DNA of 64,000 nt from the human T2T-CHM13v2.0 reference genome, Homo sapiens: NCBI RefSeq assembly GCF_009914755.1, contig NC_060929.1, one strand, 5' to 3'. Of this stretch, positions 56,660 through 64,000 are shown piece after piece (within the stretch, counting starts at the first letter, position 1; each line of letters starts with the position of its first letter). Below the pieces are notes generated by a model that saw only the letters and a list, made by a program, of their open reading frames with translations, had not been told where the DNA came from and ran no database searches. The position numbers were made by a program, and so were the translations under genes.

Positions 56660-58376
56660 CTAGTGAGGTGGGCGGCAGAACAGACAACAGTGAGAAATTA
56701 CAGCCACAAATCGCCCGCATGAACCTTGCTGCTGGAGCTGCTGGCTTCTGCCCGCTCCTGTAATTGCAGACCCAAAACCACTGCCAAAAAAGGGATAACT
56801 AACCTGCAAAAAAAAAAAAAAAGCTTCGCCAGCTAACCAAGGAGGTGGCCTCGCTCTAGTCTAGAGCAGAAAATCTTCTTTTCTAACATATTTCCTTGAG
56901 CTAAAACATTTTACCATTTCACCACATTTCATCATTTCTAACATTTGTATTATGTTTTGCAGTCAAGTTGTATTTGTTATATATGGTAGTATTTCTTTGT
57001 TTCCCTGCCAAAAATACTCTTATTAAATTGATAATGCATTTTACAATCAGTGTGCTAGTTTAGAATCAAGGAAATTCAATAATTACCGTGATTTAAAATG
57101 CCTTTCCATAGAACAACTAGAAACAAAGCTAAGAGGCTAAGCATTGCTTCCCACACACATCCATGTAATCAAATGTCTTTTGTTCACATCTCATCAGCCA
57201 CCCAGAGGTTCAACTTTTGGAAGCCCCAGGGAGGTAAGTCTTCCCATTAGGCCTAATCCACACCAAAGCCCCAGCAAGGCACGTCGGCTGGCCATGCTTT
57301 CCCTAGGTAGAAGGCAGCCCGCCTCTCATTAGTCTTAGGGTACACTCAAAGACTAAGCCAGGTGGAGTCAAAACCCCTGCACTCATCCCCATATTCCAAT
57401 TGTCAATTTTAAGAAAAGTGTGGCCCTGGCACCCTGACTTCTGCCTTTCCACAGCCAGTGGGGAGAGTGAGTTAGATGTGCCAGGGCCAGTGTTTGTCCC
57501 AGCAACCCCCCAGTGCTATAGACAGCTCAGTAGCAGCCTCCTCATTCAGCAAACGTCATGAATACCCAGGAAGAATTATACATTTCAATGATTCCATTCT
57601 GGGATGTCGCTAGTTCACTGGGAATCCCTCACTGCTTGATAGTTACCTTTAACCTCTCAAGTACTTGTTCATTGCTCCTTCATGGCTTTTAAATTTGAGG
57701 TCTCCCATCTGGGGCCCCGAAGGGGCTCACTAAGAAAGAATCAATGATGATAAGCTGTAAACATTTCCTTTCAAAGTCTTGATCCTAGAACAAGGTAGAA
57801 TGTTTTTCTTTTCCTAACCACTCTAGGATCTTCACGACCAGCAGCTAAATGTGGAACAAGGTTCAGAGAGCTTTAGGAAGCACAAGAAACATCACTAGCT
57901 CTGGCAGACAAGCCTGCAAAGGCCAGGGGTGACTTGAGAGCTGAGTCTTGGTGAATCCACTTAAGGAGCTGTTAATAGCCCAGCAGTAACTCGAAACTGC
58001 CAAGAAGCGTCCATTCTCCATGGGATCTTGTTGAAGCCAGACATCTGTCACCACACCTACAGTAGCAACTGTCAAAGTGAGCAGTGAGAAGGGAGGAATG
58101 CAAAAAGCAGATCGTGTCAGGAAATGCAGTTTTACTGGTGGGGGGGGCGAAAAAAAGCTAAAGGAAAATAGAAGGCTAATATTTGGGAGTCAAAAAACGC
58201 CAACTGGATGCTGCAAGGTACACATGGAAAAGGAGCCTAGGAACAAAAGCCACCCAGCAACTAGGAGCAGCCAGATGGGGCTATCGCATGACAACAAATG
58301 TCTATGTATTAGGTGCTGAAATTTAGAGATTTACTTGTTACAGCAACTACTGTGGCCCTAAATGAGATTTTGCATC

Positions 58377-58904
<528 letters not shown>

Positions 58905-59046
58905 TCACTCTCCAGCCCAAACTCATGCCTTTCCATTATTCCTGAATCTCATCTTTTTCTACAAATATACTATGCATAGATGTGTTGCATGTGTGATTTA
59001 GATCTTTTTATATTGCCTTGCTACACTATGATTGATGCATAATCTT

Positions 59047-59335
59047 TTTTGTTGTTCTTAAGACAGGGTCTCAATCTGTCACCCAGGGTGGAGTGCAGTG
59101 GCATAATCACAGCTCACTGCTTCTCAACCACCTGAGCTCAAGCCATCCTTCCATCTCAGCCTCCCATGTAGGTGGGACCACAGGAGCATACAACCATGCT
59201 TGGCTAATTTTTTTTCTTCTTTTGTAGAGACAATGTCTTACCGTATTGCTCAGGCTGGTCTCAAACTCCTGGGCTCAAGCAATCTGCCCACTGGCCTCTC
59301 AAAGTGCTGGGATTAAAGGTATGAGCCACCTAGCC
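59047..59335 (-). mobile_element. AluJ
   Basis: agacagggtctc...atcacagctcactgc...ctcctgggctcaagc. Confidence 0.92.
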
Positions 59336-59349
59336 TGATACATGATCTT

Positions 59350-59804
59350 TTTTTTAATTTAACTTTTATTTTAAATTCAGGTGTACATGTGCAGGTTTGT
59401 TACATAGGTAAACTTGTGTCATGGGGGTTTGTTGTACAGATTATTTTATCACCCAGGTATTAAGCCTGGTATCCATTAGTTATTTGTCCTGGTCCTCTCC
59501 CTCCTCCTACCCTCCACCCTATGAAAGGCCCCAGTGTGTGTTGTTCCTCTCTATGCATCCACATGTTCTCATCATTTAGCTCCCACTTATAAGTCAGAAT
59601 ATGTGGTATTTGGTTTTCTGTTCCTGCATTACTTTGCTAAGGATAATGGCCTCCAGCTCTATCCATGTTCCCACAAAAGACATGATCTCATTCTTTTTTA
59701 TGGCTGCATAGTATTCCATGGTGTATATGTACCACATTTTCTTTATCCAGTCTACCACTGATGGGCATTTAGGTTGATTCCATGTCTTTGCTATTGTGAA
59801 TAGC
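59350..59804 (-). mobile_element. Older 5'-truncated L1PA
   Basis: Minus ORF TIAKTWNQPKCPSVVDWIKKMWYIYTMEYYAAIKKNEIMSF plus 3'UTR. Confidence 0.93.
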
Positions 59805-61792
59805 TGATGCACAATCTTAATGAAGGTCTCTAAGTTCTCTAAGCCTCAATGTCCTCATTCATAAAATGAAGATACTAATAGCACTTTACAAGTTTGTTGT
59901 GATCATTAATTAGGAAGGAGGAGTTGGGAACATGAACCTGGAACATTATAATTCTTTTGGATTTGTTTTTGCCTTTTTCCAAAGAATAAAGGCTAAGAAT
60001 GACCAGGAACTTCAAGAAGGTAAATCAAATTTAACATCACTAATAACAAGAAATTAGCTTGCTAGAAACAGATATGAGGGAAATAACACTTTTAAACACA
60101 GCTTTGTTCTACATAACAGGGGGCATTCCATCTTTGAGTTTTTTTCTTTTTTAGAAGTCTTTAGGGTTGGGTCCAGTGGCAATTGTGAAGTGCAGGATGT
60201 GAGGTAGAAAAACTATTGCTTAAAACCAGTTTCTCCTCTGCCTGTTGTTCACATGCTGGTCTTTTCCATTAAACCAGGCATATCCTCAGAAAACAGCCAG
60301 GAACTTTCTGGAAGGAAGGAATGAGAGCAGAAGGGATGAGTACCTCCTCCAGGTTGGGTTCCTGAAACCTTGCAAGTGGCTCACCTCCAACATTCTTTCT
60401 CCCCTTCCTGCTGACTGGAGTGCCAATATCTAGGGTGACCTTGAAAGCAACAACTGCAAAGCCATTGTCATCCAAAGTCCCTGAGTGACCACATGGAGCA
60501 GAGTCACTCATGAACCTGAAGGGCTCTCCTGAGAACCATTACAAACTCTGATGTATTATTCAGTGTCTCTGTTTTGAGCTCTCTTTGTTATAGCAACTGG
60601 TGCTACCCTAGCTAAAGCAAACTTACCCACCTTAGTATCCCCAGTGCCTACAACAGGGCATGGCTCTGTTCTTAAGGTGCTTAATGAATAGTTGTGTCAT
60701 TGAATAACCCACATACAGTATCTATACCTGGGAGGCAACTCTATCCAGAATTTCTCCCAATTGTTGGGGGGAAAAATAAGATAAAATAAAACATACACCT
60801 CCCATTATGAAGAAAAAGATAATCTCATAAAAAATAAGAATGCTGATGTCTGCAAGTATCTGTTCCAGCCATCTGGAGGGTACATACAATCTAGACAATA
60901 TCAACGCCTGAAATAGATATCTTCATTTCTTCCCCAGACAGTGTCTCCCTTCCTTTAAGGTGCAACGTTCCAAAATAATTTGAGGAAACCTCCCCTCCAC
61001 CACTCATTGCATGGTTGAGTGAGACTGACTCCACCTACCCTGCCTCATTCAAGATTTATGTTGCATCTCCCTAGCCATAGAGATTGATTTGGGGATGGTT
61101 TGAGGAGTTTGGCTAGACCACAAAGTCTGGCCAAGGTATTAAAATTGAATAGAATCAAAGGTGTGAACTCAGTTCAAGATTGCTTTCACTTCTATATCCT
61201 ACTGAGATAGCAAACAGTGCAAAAGATATTCCTAAGATAAAGTTACATGTACAACCCATGGGTTTCCTAGATACTGAAAGAGGCAGAATCAAAATTAGAA
61301 GTCAGTGCAGCCTTTGCAGAGTGAGCAATGCATCAGGTTAGAGTCTTCAGCCTGGAATTCATCACCCAGAATTCATCATTTTATACTATGAGGTCGGAGG
61401 GCTGCATCAGCAGACAAGGGCCTGAGTACTACCACAGAAGGAAACTGTAGCTGTAGTTTCCTATTCCCTACACTATGCTCTATGAGGCACTGGGCCTACA
61501 GTAGGCTTGGCCAGGGCCCATCACAGTCCACCCCTTTGTGGGGATACAGATGGACAGTTCTCATGCCCACCTTGTCTAATCACTCCCAGTGTCACAAACA
61601 ACTGTTACTAGGACGCAGCATCACACAAAAACAATAATGATAACCCAAAACTAAATAGTATATGATACTAATTACAGGGTAAGCCCCTGCTCAGAAAAGG
61701 TCAATTACACAAATCTACCAGTGAGTATTTCCATCTTGAGCCCATTGGAGTATGTGAACATCATTTATGAGGTTACTGTTATTTGTCCTTAC

Positions 61793-61845
61793 CTGAAAGA
61801 CAGCATCTTGAGTTTTCCTAGTGAGGCTTCTGTCAGTAGAATGCG
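61793..61845 (-). other. Candidate 53-nt exon
   Basis: poly-T gaaag|CGCATTCTAC...GCTGTCTTTCAG|gtaagg. Confidence 0.3.
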
Positions 61846-62114
61846 CTTTCAAAAAAAAAAAAAAAAGTGTGTTCTTGGAGCCTTCAGCTGCTCACAGATG
61901 TTGCTGCCCTTCTAAGATGATGATGTCATGGGATCAGCAGTCCTTGCTGGGAACCCTGGGCTCCAGGTCCCTTTGGTGAGCCCAGCCCCTCCACCCCAGC
62001 ATCCTCTGTCATCTGAGGAAATAGCTGGAGGGAATCACTAGCTACACCCATTACAATAACCCCCACCAGGAGAACACTACTTCATGATCCTTGACCTCTC
62101 TCTGCCACTCAGTC

Positions 62115-62528
62115 TGTAGTGGGTTGAGTGGAGGCCTCCCAAAAATTCATGTCTACCCCAAAATTCACGATGCGACCTTATTTAGAAATAGGGTCTTTGC
62201 AGACACAGTTAGTTAAGTAACTTAAGACAAAATCATAATGGATTTCTAGGGTGATCCTTAAGTCCAATGGCTGGTGTCCTTACAAGAGGAGGAGACACAC
62301 AGGGAAGAAGGCCATGTGAAGATGGTGGCGGAGACTGGAGTGATGCAGCCACAAGCCAAGGAATGCCTGGGGCCACCAGATGCTGGGAGGATCCTCCTCT
62401 GAAGTCCTCAGAAGAAGCATGACCCTGCTGACACCTTGAATCTGGACTCCTAACTTCCAGAAGTGTGAGATAATAAATTTCTGTTATTTGGTGGCACATT
62501 ATTACGGCAAACCTAGGAAACTAATATG
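62115..62528 (+). mobile_element. MLT1B/C-like LTR
   Basis: tgtagtgggttgagtgg...gaccttatttagaaatagggtctttgcag ... cctaggaaactaatatg. Confidence 0.88.
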
Positions 62529-62533
62529 AAATC

Positions 62534-62896
62534 TGTCTTAGTCCATTCAGGCTGCTATAACAAAATACCTTAGACTGGGTAGCTTATAAACAACAGACAT
62601 TTATTTCCCACAGTTGTGGAGGCTGGGCTGTCCAAGATCAAGGCCCTGGCAGATTCGGTGTCTGGTGAGGACCCGCTTTCTGTCATTTCCTAGATGATGC
62701 CTTCTAGTTGTGCCCTCACATGGTGGAAGAGACTAGCTAGCTCTCCAAGGTCTTTTATAATCCCAGTCAAGAGGGATCTCCCCTCGTGACCTAATCACTT
62801 CCCAAAGGCCCTACCTCCTGATACCATCACTTTGGGGGTTAGAATTTCAACTTATGAATTGGGGTAGAGGGGATCACAGCATTCAGACCATAAGGC
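62534..62896 (-). mobile_element. MLT1A-like LTR, tail-to-tail with the preceding LTR
   Basis: tgtcttagtccattcaggctgctataacaaaatacc ... cattcagaccata. Confidence 0.9.
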
Positions 62897-64000
62897 AGTC
62901 CATATTTCCCAGAGGATCTTCTCAAACTGTGTCTGCCTCCTCAGCCAGCAGTGCCTCAGCAGGCACCATACAGCCCCAAATGCTGCCTCACTGGCTCAGG
63001 TCCTTGGGCTTCCACCCCTTTTGTTTTTCCCCTAGAGAAAAGTGGCAGGAGCAGCCAGGTGGCTTTATCCCCTCTGCCACTCCAAGAACGAGTCTGACAT
63101 TCTGTAACCATACCACTTCCTCCTGACAGTGGGAATCAACCCCACCACCTCAAAGGTGCCAGGTAACTCAAGGGGATGTGCCAGGCCATCCCTAGGAAGG
63201 TGAGTGCTGTGAGGCCTGTCCAGAGTCCAGTCTTCTCTGAGGACCAGGCAGCAAGGTCCCACCTGCAACCTTACAGTGAGGTGGTAGTGCAGCCTACAGT
63301 CATTTGGGGAAACATTCTCCCACGCTGCTCATCAACTGTTCAGCATGCTTTGACTTTCTCTGCCCAAACTGGCTATAGCCAGTTTGCCTATGACAGGAGA
63401 GGGCTTCAGCCATTTACCCTCAGAGGCCACCTTGTGAATGGTCCTTTTTATTCTGGGCAGTGGGGGTCACCCTTTCCCCTGCCACAGCAGTCTGCTTTCC
63501 CCTTAGGTCAAGTCCTGAGATTTTTAGCCCTCCAGGGAGGAGTGTGGCCATCACTCGTCGCCTGGGTTAACAGCAGGCAAGCCTGTAAGTTTCACCCAGC
63601 ACCTTGAGACACTTACTTCTGAAGCTTGCAGTATGAACCTGGGCTGTATACCCAGCAACCCAGCATCCTCACGAAGAACAAGTGAGAGTGCAGACATGAG
63701 GACATCCGTGCAGTGAGCACACAGCTGCATCAAATCGCACCCCGCCAGCCCACAGCCTATGGCTTTGGAGCAGGGCCCTGGAGTGAGGTACTACCTCTTG
63801 CCACCCCTGGGTGCCACCAGGAAACACCCTCCCTCCAGGGATGCTCAGGCAGCAGCCGTTAGTGTAGGCTTATTTCTGACAGACCCAGCTGTAATCCTAG
63901 TACAGGAGCCGGGCTGGCCACCTCGCCCCTGCCACTGGCACAGCAATTTCCCCTTTCCCTACTTCGACCTGGCTTAGACTTCTAAGTCTATCGTCCTTAG

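Noticed and set aside
56645-56803. 159-nt minus exon using the poly-T gcag acceptor at 56804
   Set aside because: Stops in all three frames, so not coding; cannot be excluded as a non-coding variant.
62115-62896. Two adjacent inverted LTRs as termini of a single element
   Set aside because: Different MLT1 subfamilies with no internal sequence; independent solo LTRs are the simpler reading.

Overview
Primate (human-like) nuclear genomic DNA, dominated by interspersed repeats: about 19 Alu/FLAM copies, many L1 fragments, abundant MaLR LTRs (MLT1/MST/THE1), a near-complete MST-type MaLR provirus, an ERVL integrase/dUTPase fragment with its LTR, LTR16, MLT2A, a MER41B solo LTR, a hAT-Charlie transposase fossil and a half MADE1. 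I recognise no protein-coding gene, and almost all ORFs in the track are repeat-derived or look like chance. The best non-repeat signal is a candidate minus-strand transcript end: a CpG-retaining terminal exon at about 44.0-45.66 kb plus three very short candidate exons (53, 15 and 30 nt) that splice into one open frame; gene identity is unknown. Other notable structure: two sites where Alu and L1 share a target (three TSD copies), an L1 inserted into the first bases of an Alu, two 70-bp-period tandem duplications 1.2 kb apart, template-switch-like hairpins in one Alu, and a palindromic AT minisatellite. Subfamily calls are from memory of consensus sequences and boundaries without TSDs are approximate. 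No CRISPR array, rRNA or tRNA was seen, and I cannot support a claim of a new biological system.
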